Origin: an uncultured archaeon
GTDB taxonomy: Archaea; Asgardarchaeota; Lokiarchaeia; Sigyniarchaeales; SOKP01
Assembly (NCBI GenBank): GCA_964632315.1
Contig: CAZWEM010000019.1
Location: 1,486 to 65,485 of the forward strand
Direction: 5' to 3'
Length of the DNA stretch: 64,000 nucleotides
Notes under the pieces: generated by a model
Seen by the model: only the letters and a program-made list of their open reading frames with translations
Databases searched by the model: none
What the model was told of the DNA's origin: nothing
Translations under genes and position numbers: made by a program
Shown here: one piece after another, positions 30,224-39,373 of the stretch
Position numbering within the stretch: the stretch's first letter is position 1
Layout of the letters: each line of letters starts with the position of its first letter

Positions 30224-31105
30224 ATGAAATTAGAGCCAGAATGTATTGGGTGCTTCTTTAATCAAATAATGAAATCATTAAGGTTAAATGAGGCAATTTC
30301 TACCGAAAAGATTATTAGCACACAAACAAAGTTCATGGAATATTTATTATCGTTAGAAATTGAAAAAGTAGAAGCACCAATTATTGCAACACGGGCTTAT
30401 GAATTGATTGCAGAGATGCACGGATGTTTAGATCCATATAAATCAATTAAGCTTCAGACTAACAATCTTTCTCTTCGATATTATGATCAAATAAAAAAGG
30501 CAGTTTTAAGTTCTAAAGATCCCCTTTTTCAGGCAATCATCATTTCAGCGTTAGCTAATTCAATTGATTATGCGAGTCAGCATCAAATTGAATTAGTTTC
30601 TGATTTGAAAGAATTTGATCAAGAACGTTTAATTATAAATCATTATGAAAAATTTATAAGTTCGGTTAGAAAAGCTAACACGATTCTAATTATTGGTGAT
30701 AATGCTGGGGAAATTGTATTTGATAAGTTATTGATAGAAATTCTTATTGAAAGATATCCCAATTTGGAGACTATTTATGCTGTTCGCTCTGCTCCAATAA
30801 TTAATGATGCTACCTTGGCTGATGCTAAATTGATAGGTTTAGATAAATTAATTAAAGTCATAACTTCGGGTCCTACTCCCGGAGTCAATTTTCAAACTGC
30901 TACAGCTGATTTTAAAAAATTTTTCTTCATGAAAAATACTGTAATTTTATCAAAAGGTCAAGGTAATTTTGAAAGTTTATATGGATTAGACTTACCAGAT
31001 CAAGACTTATATTATCTTTTCATGGCAAAATGTAATCTTATGGAAAGAATTTTGGGTGCTAAGATAGGACAATTAATTTTTATGAAGAAAACTGCGAAAT
31101 TTTAG
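30224..31105 (+). CDS. DUF89 / ARMT1-like damage-control phosphatase family protein
   Basis: IIGDNAGEIVFD and LSKGQGNFES motifs. Confidence 0.8.
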   Translation: MKLEPECIGCFFNQIMKSLRLNEAISTEKIISTQTKFMEYLLSLEIEKVEAPIIATRAYELIAEMHGCLDPYKSIKLQTNNLSLRYYDQIKKAVLSSKDPLFQAIIISALANSIDYASQHQIELVSDLKEFDQERLIINHYEKFISSVRKANTILIIGDNAGEIVFDKLLIEILIERYPNLETIYAVRSAPIINDATLADAKLIGLDKLIKVITSGPTPGVNFQTATADFKKFFFMKNTVILSKGQGNFESLYGLDLPDQDLYYLFMAKCNLMERILGAKIGQLIFMKKTAKF

Positions 31106-31500
31106 TCACTTCTCAATTTCGCAATTGCTTCAGTAAAGAAACCAAAGTCAGCTTTCATGGATATTTTTTCTATTTTATTATTATTCTTCTTCTCAGTATA
31201 ATCCTTGATTTGTTGATATAGTGCTTTTTTAAAAGGTATGAATTCATTAATATCTTGGCAAGGATCACATTTCTCAATCTTTGATTTGTATAATGAATAA
31301 AACAAATCCAAAGCTTTTTCTGCTTCTGAGTGTACATCGTTTTTTACAAAATGCCTATCCATTATAGCAATTAAAAAGAGGTTGTATTTATTAACTATTA
31401 TCATCTGAATGTCTAAGCCTTTGATAATTATTTCATCGATTTTCCCCAAATTCTCGTTGCCAAACATACCTAGAGCACCTACAAAAGAAGAAAATAACAC
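31102..31500 (-). CDS. hypothetical protein with Roadblock/longin-like strand-helix pattern; start uncertain
   Basis: GTG start at 31500. The reading frame stays open and protein-like for 39 more codons upstream (to the stop at 31618-31620) with no ATG/GTG/TTG. Confidence 0.4.
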   Translation of the reverse strand: MLFSSFVGALGMFGNENLGKIDEIIIKGLDIQMIIVNKYNLFLIAIMDRHFVKNDVHSEAEKALDLFYSLYKSKIEKCDPCQDINEFIPFKKALYQQIKDYTEKKNNNKIEKISMKADFGFFTEAIAKLRSD

Positions 31501-31658
31501 AGGATTTATCTCTGAATCTAATATTAAATCTACTAAATATATCCCCGTTTGATTGCATATAATAATGCCCTTTATAAATTTAGCAATTTGCTTAGTATCT
31601 TCTATGATAATTTTTCTTTACCTTACCCTTGAAATTATTTTATTTTATCCAAATTTCG

Positions 31659-31679
31659 ATGATTTGAAATTCAAATCAT
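31659..31679. repeat. perfect 21-bp palindrome ATGATTTGAA-A-TTCAAATCAT in the upstream region of ORF 31102-31500
   Basis: 10-bp arms and a 1-nt spacer, read directly. Chance occurrence in AT-rich DNA is not negligible. Confidence 0.3.
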
Positions 31680-31775
31680 TAATAATGTTAAATATATATA
31701 ATCTTTGACTTTTCGATTAGTATTATATCCAGATATTCACGGGTAAAAATAGAAAATAGAATAATAGAGATTTTT

Positions 31776-32657
31776 TTATTCTAGTAGTTTTCTTATTTGA
31801 TCTACTATTTGTTTAAAGGCTTTTGTTGAATCACTTTCCGGATATTTTAACACAAAAGGAAGACCTTGGTCTCCTTGTTGACCGACTTGTACTTCAAAAG
31901 GAATCTTACCTAGTAAAGTGATATTAAAATCATGAGATGCTTTTTCAGCACCTCCTGGAGGATATAAATCAATATATTCATTGCAATGAGGACATTTAAA
32001 GCCAGACATATTTTCAATAATTCCTAATACATTCCTCTGCATCGTTTTAGCCATGGCTATTGTCTTTCTTGCATCCATCACTGCAACTTCTTGCGGTGTG
32101 CTTATGACGATAACATTTTCATCTGGAATTAATTGCAAGATGTCAAGTGTTTCATCAGATGTACCGGGAGGTAAATCGCAGATCAAGTAATCCAAATCTC
32201 CCCAAACAGCATCGCCGAGAAATTGCCTTACAGCGCCCATCTTCATCGGTCCACGCCAAATAACGGGCGTATCTGAATCCTGGGTCAGGAAAGCCATACT
32301 CATCACCTTGATGTTTAATGGTCCATTTACTGGATAAAATTTCTTAGCATCAGGATCTACGCGCGGCCTGACTTCGGGGCTAATTCCTAGCATTTTGTTT
32401 ACATTCGGTCCCGTGATGTCAACATCTAATAATCCAACTCTTAAACCCACACTGGCGAGACTCATTGCAAGGTTTACTGAAACAGTAGTTTTTCCAACGC
32501 CCCCTTTTCCACTTATTATAACGATTTTATGCTTTATTTTCTCCATATTTTTGCTGATATTTTGTTCTCTCTCGTCCATCATTTCTCTTTTGCTTTCTTC
32601 CGAAATTTTTTTTAAATCAATGTCCGGAATTTCATCTTCTTCCATAGTTTTGATCAA
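31776..32657 (-). CDS. Mrp/NBP35/ApbC-family Fe-S cluster carrier ATPase
   Basis: ISGKGGVGKTTVSVNLA deviant Walker A, DLPPGTSD, CPHC. Confidence 0.9.
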   Translation of the reverse strand: MIKTMEEDEIPDIDLKKISEESKREMMDEREQNISKNMEKIKHKIVIISGKGGVGKTTVSVNLAMSLASVGLRVGLLDVDITGPNVNKMLGISPEVRPRVDPDAKKFYPVNGPLNIKVMSMAFLTQDSDTPVIWRGPMKMGAVRQFLGDAVWGDLDYLICDLPPGTSDETLDILQLIPDENVIVISTPQEVAVMDARKTIAMAKTMQRNVLGIIENMSGFKCPHCNEYIDLYPPGGAEKASHDFNITLLGKIPFEVQVGQQGDQGLPFVLKYPESDSTKAFKQIVDQIRKLLE

Positions 32658-32850
32658 CTCTGTTTAAAGAATATTATAATTAAATAATTTGTCTAACCAA
32701 CATTAAGATACTCATAATAATTTGAAAATGCTTTAGATTTTCTCATTATAATTTAAATTTATATAAACTTTTTTCTTCATAAAAGAAAAGGTTAGTGAAT
32801 TAATATTCAAAATGTAACACCTAATTTGAATTTTACTAAAAAATGAAAAT

Positions 32851-33624
32851 CTAAGCTTGAATCTCTTCTCGTAATTCCATTAATCTAAATGGAAAATTAG
32901 AAAACATACCATCAATAAATTCTCCGTTATAATTCATTTTTAGAAATTTTTTCATTGTTTCCTTAAAGAGTAAGCCCCATAAATAAAATTTGAAACCCAT
33001 ATCTTTTACCATCTTGAATAATTCATAATTAGCAAAATTATAATTAACATTTATTACTTTTACATCTAAATCATACATGCTCTTCAACTCTAGGTTTGCT
33101 TTTCCTATCTTATTATATCTCAATGATACAGAATTTGCTAGTAGGACATTTTTATCAAAATTCCTTATTTCCAGAAAAATTTCTTTTAATGAACGTGGAT
33201 CTACTGATGATTTTGCTAATTCTATTTTATCTAAAATGCAATATTCTTTAGCAATTTTTACAATTTCTATTCCTACACCAGGTCCACTAATATCGAAATT
33301 ATATTTTATATCTAAACCTTTAAACATGTCAAAAAGATTTCTCAAAGTAGGTATGGGCTCATCATTTTCTAGTTTCATTGATTTAATTAAATCGCACTTG
33401 AGTTCATTAATCGGACTTACCACGCCATTTACTGAGAGTTTTTGTGAGGAACATAATATAACCTCATTATCCTTACTCAATCTTGCTTCAGTTTTAATCC
33501 CATCCACGCCTTTTTCTATCGCAAATTGGAAAGATTTCATCGAATTCTGCACGATATAGTCATCATTTTTATTATAATTTCTAAATCCTGAGCCTCTATG
33601 ACCCCAAATGAATGTTTTTTTCAT
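32851..33624 (-). CDS. glycerophosphodiester phosphodiesterase (GDPD) family protein
   Basis: IWGHRGSG N-terminal motif, GVDGIKTEARLSKDNEVIL. Confidence 0.7.
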   Translation of the reverse strand: MKKTFIWGHRGSGFRNYNKNDDYIVQNSMKSFQFAIEKGVDGIKTEARLSKDNEVILCSSQKLSVNGVVSPINELKCDLIKSMKLENDEPIPTLRNLFDMFKGLDIKYNFDISGPGVGIEIVKIAKEYCILDKIELAKSSVDPRSLKEIFLEIRNFDKNVLLANSVSLRYNKIGKANLELKSMYDLDVKVINVNYNFANYELFKMVKDMGFKFYLWGLLFKETMKKFLKMNYNGEFIDGMFSNFPFRLMELREEIQA

Positions 33625-33625
33625 A

Positions 33626-34015
33626 TCATTCTAACTCCTTTTTTTTATTTTGATCTAAAGCAAAGTTAATAAAATCGAAATAAACTACAGCATATTGGAC
33701 ATCTCCTTCAACTTGAAGATTTTTTTTCACAAATTCAGTATGAGGCATCTTTTTTTGATTCAAAATCTTTTTCATCAAGGAAAATTTAGATTTTACAATT
33801 ATATCAGCATTTTCAATCTCTCCTTTCCCATAGTTAAATATTCCGTTACCAAAAATTACCCAATAAGTATAGTGAGGAGAATTAAGGATTACCTGGACTT
33901 TTTTTAAATTTAGTTCAACTAATTCTTTTTTTATAATTGTGTTAGATTTAGAAAGATTCTTAATTTTTTCATAAAACTTCAAAATCCCATCAATCTTTTG
34001 CGTTTTAATCTCCAA
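33626..34015 (-). CDS. SCP2 (sterol carrier protein 2)-like lipid-binding domain protein
   Basis: C-terminal LMKKILNQKKMPHTEFVKKNLQVEGDVQYAVVYFDF resembles the SCP2 signature. TTG start. 1-nt gap to the GDPD gene. Confidence 0.45.
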   Translation of the reverse strand: MEIKTQKIDGILKFYEKIKNLSKSNTIIKKELVELNLKKVQVILNSPHYTYWVIFGNGIFNYGKGEIENADIIVKSKFSLMKKILNQKKMPHTEFVKKNLQVEGDVQYAVVYFDFINFALDQNKKKELE

Positions 34016-34350
34016 AACAAAAATTCACCTCATTTACTTTTGAGACAAACTGGCTTAATAATTATTTAGATGGAGAATTATAATTTTATTGCTATTTGCG
34101 ATTATAACAAAAATATAAAATCCATCTTCTGATTTTAAAAAATAATGGAATTTAAAGCATGAGTGTTTCGGGCAGTTTCTCTGTAGCTTTTAACGATATA
34201 ATTATACAATATAAAGAATAAATAAGATTTAATTAATTTATATCGGAACAAATCTCAAATTCGAATATAATATTAGGATAAGCTTTATTTGACTAAAATT
34301 TAATTATAGATTAATGGAATTACTTGGAAAAAGAAAGGAGTGAGTATAAA

Positions 34351-34518
34351 ATGGAGTTAAAATGTTCTCAATGTGGAAAACCTATTGGTTCGTTACCTAC
34401 TCCCTGTGGTTACAGTATTACATTCGATGAGGAGACTGGTGAATGGGGTTGTATGAACGATTGTGGATTTATCGTATTTTCAAGATATATTTGTTCTGAT
34501 TGTTGTGATAAAAAATAA
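34351..34518 (+). CDS. small Cys-rich (zinc-ribbon-like) protein
   Basis: CSQCGK...PCG...GCMNDCG...CSDCC. ATG at 34351; the ORF track begins at an upstream TTG at 34324. Confidence 0.4.
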   Translation: MELKCSQCGKPIGSLPTPCGYSITFDEETGEWGCMNDCGFIVFSRYICSDCCDKK

Positions 34519-34656
34519 AATTGAATAGTAATCAACCTCTAATAACAAATCAATCCTGAATTAAAAAACGGGGAATTAATAAAAAAATCACAATTATTTT
34601 ATTCTATATTTAAGTAGATGAAATAAGGCAATACATGTACCTAAGACATGTTTATG

Positions 34657-35196
34657 CTAATATTTATGTTGATATCGTTGAAAAATAATTGATCCCATTT
34701 TGTGAAAAGCTTCCTGGATGCCAACGTTGTTTTTAGCACTGGTTTTAAAGTACTTTGAATAATGCAATTCTTTTTTCATAACTGTCAATTCATCTTGACT
34801 TATATCCAAAGAATCGTTTTTTATTAGATCTAACTTGTTTCCAATTAATATGCTAGGTATTTCTTTACCGATGACTGTTTCCACCTCATCTCTCCATTCT
34901 AACAAGTTATTAAAAGAATATCTTCTTGTTAAATCAAAAACGTAGATAACCCCTTTCGCACCCGCATAAAAATTTTGTCTAATTGCAGCAAAATGCTCTT
35001 GGCCTCCTAAATCCCATATTTGAAATTTAACCTGAGCATTCATTTTTGGCAGATCAATATCCTTGATAAAGAAGTTTGTTCCAACAGTCATCTTAGTGTC
35101 TTCAAGGAATCGGCCATCAATGTATCTATATAATATTGTGGTTTTTCCCACTCCCCCCTCTCCAAGTACACAAATTTTATAGAGAAATTTATGCAT
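34657..35196 (-). CDS. Ras/Rab-like small GTPase (tandem paralog A)
   Basis: G1 GEGGVGKT, G3 WDLGGQEHF, G4 GNKLD, G5 TSAK. No C-terminal prenylation Cys. Confidence 0.9.
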   Translation of the reverse strand: MHKFLYKICVLGEGGVGKTTILYRYIDGRFLEDTKMTVGTNFFIKDIDLPKMNAQVKFQIWDLGGQEHFAAIRQNFYAGAKGVIYVFDLTRRYSFNNLLEWRDEVETVIGKEIPSILIGNKLDLIKNDSLDISQDELTVMKKELHYSKYFKTSAKNNVGIQEAFHKMGSIIFQRYQHKY

Positions 35197-35336
35197 GATG
35201 CGTAGATTTGAACTTGTATTTTTTACAAAATTAAACTAATTATATTAGTATCGTTATAAAATTTCATCTATAAAAAAAGTTCTCATTATTCAATGATTGA
35301 TATAATTGTCTAATCATAGAATTTTAATTCCATTTT

Positions 35337-35876
35337 TTAATCTCTATAGGTTAAGTAGAGCAACTTCGCTAAAGTAGTAAATGCCCTGTGAATCCCCATA
35401 TTTTCTTTAGCGCTTGTCTCAAAATAGTGTGAAAAATTTAAAATTTCTTTCATTTCGGAAATTTCTTCTTGAGTCATGTTAAAACTATTGCTTTCATCTA
35501 CTAAATCACTTTTGTTGCCAAGAAGAATGCTTGGAACCTCCTCAAAAAGCCCCCTAGAGACTTCATCATTCCAATTTAATAAGTTGTTAAAAGTTATTTT
35601 TCTTGTTAAATCAAAAGTATATATGATTCCTCTCGCGCCAGAATAGAAGGATGGTCTTACTGCAGCGAAATGTTCTTGCCCTCCTAAATCCCATATTTGC
35701 AATCTTATAAATGTATTGTATTCCTCGAGTCTTATGCCTTTTATGAAGAAATTAGTACCAATTGTCATCATAGTATCTTGTACAAACTTTCCATCAACGT
35801 ATTGATGTAGAATTGTTGTTTTACCTACTGCTCCATCCCCTACGATGCAAACTTTGAATAGATAATAGTTTTCCAT
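35337..35876 (-). CDS. Ras/Rab-like small GTPase (tandem paralog B)
   Basis: G1 GDGAVGKT, G3 WDLGGQEHF, G4 GNKSD, G5 TSAK. More than half of positions are identical to paralog A by eye. Confidence 0.9.
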   Translation of the reverse strand: MENYYLFKVCIVGDGAVGKTTILHQYVDGKFVQDTMMTIGTNFFIKGIRLEEYNTFIRLQIWDLGGQEHFAAVRPSFYSGARGIIYTFDLTRKITFNNLLNWNDEVSRGLFEEVPSILLGNKSDLVDESNSFNMTQEEISEMKEILNFSHYFETSAKENMGIHRAFTTLAKLLYLTYRD

Positions 35877-36124
35877 TGAACATCTCCCTCTTTAAGAGGT
35901 CTTCTCTCTCGTTATTATTTAATGAGCTAAAAGCTAAAATTAAACTAATTGTCTTATAAGTTGTAAAATATAGATATATAATCTAATTGCTTCTATTTAA
36001 AAATTCATTTAAAAAAAAATAAATGAACTTCCTCATTCTCTTTTCATCAAGTTTTTAAATTAGTATTATTTTTAATATTATAGGAAATGAATAATTATTC
36101 AAAATATTATAAAGTGATGATCAA

Positions 36125-36544
36125 ATGGTTGTAATTGCTATTCCCTCAGCATCAAGTGGAGGATTAAGTGATAAAATGGATGCGCGTTTTGGTAGATGTC
36201 AAAGTTTTACTTTCGTAACGATTAATAAAGACCAGATTAAAGAAGTAAAAACGGTACCTAACCCTGCAAAAGATGAAATGGGAGGGGCAGGTATATTAGC
36301 TTCCCAGACGGTGTACAATGAAGGTGCAAATGAAGTGATAGTAGGATTTTTAGGACCTAATGCCATAAATAGTCTGAAATCTTTAAACATGAAAGTGTTT
36401 CAAGCCCCAAATAATAATCTGCCCATTCGGGAAGTGGTTGATATGCACATGAATGGCAAATTGAGTATAATTGATGCCGCAAATGTTGGGAGACATCATG
36501 GAGGACGAGGTGGTGGGGGAGGATATGGAAGAGGAGGATTATAA
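36125..36544 (+). CDS. NifX/NifB-type (dinitrogenase FeMo-cofactor-binding fold, MTH1175-like) protein with Gly/Arg-rich tail
   Basis: IAIPSASSGGLSDKMDARFGRCQSFTFV...GGAGILASQTVYNEGANEVIVGFLGPNA. C-terminal GRHHGGRGGGGGYGRGGL. Confidence 0.75.
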   Translation: MVVIAIPSASSGGLSDKMDARFGRCQSFTFVTINKDQIKEVKTVPNPAKDEMGGAGILASQTVYNEGANEVIVGFLGPNAINSLKSLNMKVFQAPNNNLPIREVVDMHMNGKLSIIDAANVGRHHGGRGGGGGYGRGGL

Positions 36545-36578
36545 TTCTTAAATCTAATTATTATTATTTTCAAATATA

Positions 36579-37502
36579 ATGTCTATATTAAAACCAAAAA
36601 TCATCTGTGTCACTGGTGGAAAAGGGGGCACGGGAAAAACCTTGGTTGCAGTAAATCTTGCCACTATTTTTAAAAACCACGGTAAAAAAGTACTCCTAAT
36701 TGATGGTGATGTCGAAAACCCTAATACATATTTATTATTAGGTGCCAAATTGAAAAGCTTGGCTAACGTGGAGTTTTTCATTCCAAAAATAAACAATGAA
36801 AAATGTAGCATGTGCGGGTTATGCGCTGAGAATTGCTTATCTCATGCGTTATTGAAAGTGAAAGATATTCCACCTATTCCCATGCTAAACCTATGTTCTG
36901 GGTGTAAATTGTGCTATAAAATATGCCCTGATAATGCTATTGAAAAAGATTCAAAAATTATAGGTACTCTCTACGAGTCTGAAAAAAACGAAATTAAATT
37001 GATGTTAGGTGAATTAAAACCATCAGAAGCTCGTTCCGCTGTTATAGTAAAAAGTTTAATGCAACACTTAGATAGGATAATAAAAAATCCTAATGTAATG
37101 CCTGACGTGGTAATAATTGACACAGCACCAGGAGCTCATTGTGATGTGGAAGAATTAATCCAAAAAGCCGATATTGTTATTCCAGTTACAGAACCAACTC
37201 GATTTGGTTTATTGGATCTAACACGAATTATAGAATTAATCACTCTCCTTAATAAAGAATATCGAGCGATTGTTAATAGAGCATCTCTTCCTGGATATAA
37301 AGAGGAATTTAGCTTGGAGCTGAAGAGAAGAGATATTGAGATTTTGGGAGAGATTCCATTAAGTCAAGAAGTAGTAGAATCATATTGTCAAGGAACTCCG
37401 CTTATGGAAGACCCTTCTGGAATTTATACTTCGAGCGACGCGTACCATGCATTTAATCAGATTTATGACAATTTATTAAAGTGGAGTGATATTCAAAAGT
37501 GA
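36579..37502 (+). CDS. MinD/ParA-superfamily P-loop ATPase with inserted 2x[4Fe-4S] ferredoxin domain (COG1149-like)
   Basis: VTGGKGGTGKT. Insert with CSMCGLCAENC and CSGCKLCYKICP. DTAPGAHC. Confidence 0.85.
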   Translation: MSILKPKIICVTGGKGGTGKTLVAVNLATIFKNHGKKVLLIDGDVENPNTYLLLGAKLKSLANVEFFIPKINNEKCSMCGLCAENCLSHALLKVKDIPPIPMLNLCSGCKLCYKICPDNAIEKDSKIIGTLYESEKNEIKLMLGELKPSEARSAVIVKSLMQHLDRIIKNPNVMPDVVIIDTAPGAHCDVEELIQKADIVIPVTEPTRFGLLDLTRIIELITLLNKEYRAIVNRASLPGYKEEFSLELKRRDIEILGEIPLSQEVVESYCQGTPLMEDPSGIYTSSDAYHAFNQIYDNLLKWSDIQK

Positions 37503-38419
37503 AAAAAATAATCAAAATTGGAATTCTTTCTGGGAAAGGAGGAGTTGGAAAAACGTCAATTACCGCTTCTTTAGGAATTATTGCTCAACAAGATCATGAA
37601 TTCAAACCTGCTTTGGTGGATTGTGACGTGGATGCTCCTAATCTCTCGATACTTTTTCCTCCAAGATCCCCAGATAAAGTTGATAAAAAAGAGATTACAG
37701 GTACATTAAAATCAACTTTTATTGAAAATGCTTGCATTAAGTGCAGATCTTGCGTTGAAGAAAACTATTGCGAATTCGATGCAATCTCATGGAATCAAGT
37801 AACAGATTTTCCTGAAATTGATTATCTAGCATGTGAGGGATGCGGTGCATGTAAAGTACTCTGTCCAGAGCATGCCTTTGAGATAAATCCAGTTAAGAGT
37901 GGCGAAATCATATCTTACGTATCGAAATTCGATCTAGCCCTTACTTACGGTAAGACAATCTTAGGTAGTACAACGTCTGGGAAGTTAGTATCAGACGTCA
38001 AAGAATATATTAAAAATCTCGAGTCCTATTCTGATCTCGATCTCATATTGATTGATGGGCCTCCAGGAATCGGTTGTCCCGTTATTGCTACAGTATCAGG
38101 ATTGGATTATGTAATTGCTGTAACTGAACCCACCCCTTCTGGATTACACGATTTGAAACGAGCTATTGAAGTAATTGAAAGTTTTCAGATTCCTTTTGGA
38201 ATTGTTATAAATAAAGCTGATCTTCAAAGCCCTTTTCAAGCCCAGTTTAAACAATTCATGTTAGAGAATAATTACGTGATATTAGGAAAAATTAATTATA
38301 GTGAAGATATTCCGATTGCAATGTCTCACGCTCAACCAGTCGTGATTGAAAATCCAAAATCTGAAGCGTCAAGAGCCATTCAAATAATTTTTCAAAATTT
38401 AAAAAAAAATATCAGTTAA
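37499..38419 (+). CDS. MinD/ParA-superfamily P-loop ATPase with inserted ferredoxin domain, paralog
   Basis: LSGKGGVGKT. CIKCRSCVEENYC and CEGCGACKVLCP. DGPPGIGC. GTG start overlaps the upstream stop (GTGA). Confidence 0.85.
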   Translation: MKKIIKIGILSGKGGVGKTSITASLGIIAQQDHEFKPALVDCDVDAPNLSILFPPRSPDKVDKKEITGTLKSTFIENACIKCRSCVEENYCEFDAISWNQVTDFPEIDYLACEGCGACKVLCPEHAFEINPVKSGEIISYVSKFDLALTYGKTILGSTTSGKLVSDVKEYIKNLESYSDLDLILIDGPPGIGCPVIATVSGLDYVIAVTEPTPSGLHDLKRAIEVIESFQIPFGIVINKADLQSPFQAQFKQFMLENNYVILGKINYSEDIPIAMSHAQPVVIENPKSEASRAIQIIFQNLKKNIS

Positions 38420-38527
38420 AAAATAAGACTGAATATCTCTTTCTAATTGATAAATTAGTTGAATAAACAAATTGCTTTAAATCCAGTAGATTAAATAAAA
38501 AAAAAGAAATGAAAATTATTTAAAAAC

Positions 38528-39358
38528 CTAGTAGTTTTTCGGTTTTTCAGAGGGATTACCTAACATTTCAGACATCATTGTTTGAAAATTGTCGAAATGA
38601 CCGGGTAGTGTCTTCTGAACATAAAAAGCTTCAGCAGCATCTAACCCTACTTGATTTCCAATGACGTTCGCGATGGATCTTAGCAAACTATTAGCATGTC
38701 GAGTTAATTTTTTCATCTCTTTAGAAGAAACATTTGAGGGATCTATGTTAGGAGCAAATAAATCTGCCAATAATTCTAAGGTTGCTTCGAATTTTAATGC
38801 AGCACTAACTTTTTTATCCAAGGTTGAGCTAATGTCCACAAGAGCGTTGGGATAATGCCCTAATAATCCCATAAGCCAGATTTCATCACAAGCATTTGCT
38901 GTAATTCCATCCTTAAATTGATCTTCATAGAGTAGTGGAAAAGCAGAAAAAGCTCCCGCTTCACACGCCATTCTTCCTACTATGACGTGATCAGGATGAA
39001 CTTCATATTTCGCCCATGGATCAAATGTGACAACCCTATTAGCTTTTAATTTTCGGACATAATAAACTAGTTCTTTTCTCAATTTTGCCCCATCAATAAA
39101 TCCAGCATCTGGATAATTTAATATAATTGTTTCTTTAAACCCTAATAAATCGTTAGACGCTCGAAGCTCTTGTTCTCTCTTTTGTGCGACATCAGCTTTA
39201 GTTAAATCGGCGCGTAATGTTCCAACTTCACCATGAGTACAACACACAACATAAATATCATGACCTTCATTCACCCATCTAGCTAATGTACCCGCACTAA
39301 AAAATGAGAGATCATCGGGATGAGCAATAATAGCTAAAATATTCATCTTTTTAATCAC
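38528..39358 (-). CDS. PIG-L/LmbE-family N-acetylglucosaminyl deacetylase
   Basis: ILAIIAHPDDLSFFSAG, HPDHV motifs. Confidence 0.8.
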   Translation of the reverse strand: MIKKMNILAIIAHPDDLSFFSAGTLARWVNEGHDIYVVCCTHGEVGTLRADLTKADVAQKREQELRASNDLLGFKETIILNYPDAGFIDGAKLRKELVYYVRKLKANRVVTFDPWAKYEVHPDHVIVGRMACEAGAFSAFPLLYEDQFKDGITANACDEIWLMGLLGHYPNALVDISSTLDKKVSAALKFEATLELLADLFAPNIDPSNVSSKEMKKLTRHANSLLRSIANVIGNQVGLDAAEAFYVQKTLPGHFDNFQTMMSEMLGNPSEKPKNY

Positions 39359-39373
39359 TCTAATGACTTTTAT

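Noticed and set aside
33077-33559. 160-aa plus-strand ORF
   Set aside because: It is antisense to the GDPD gene (GHRGSG motif on the minus strand) and has low-complexity Ser/Phe/Leu composition.
36004-36027. Inverted repeat TTCATTTA-A8-TAAATGAA upstream of the NifX-like gene
   Set aside because: The arms are 8 bp and pure AT, around an A-run. This is expected by chance in this base composition.
36554-36811. 85-aa minus-strand ORF overlapping the start of the first MinD-ferredoxin ATPase
   Set aside because: It is a shadow of the Walker A region of a well-supported plus-strand gene. The same reasoning applies to 7892-8215, 4425-4706, 32395-32667, 49053-50350 and the other short antisense ORFs in the track.
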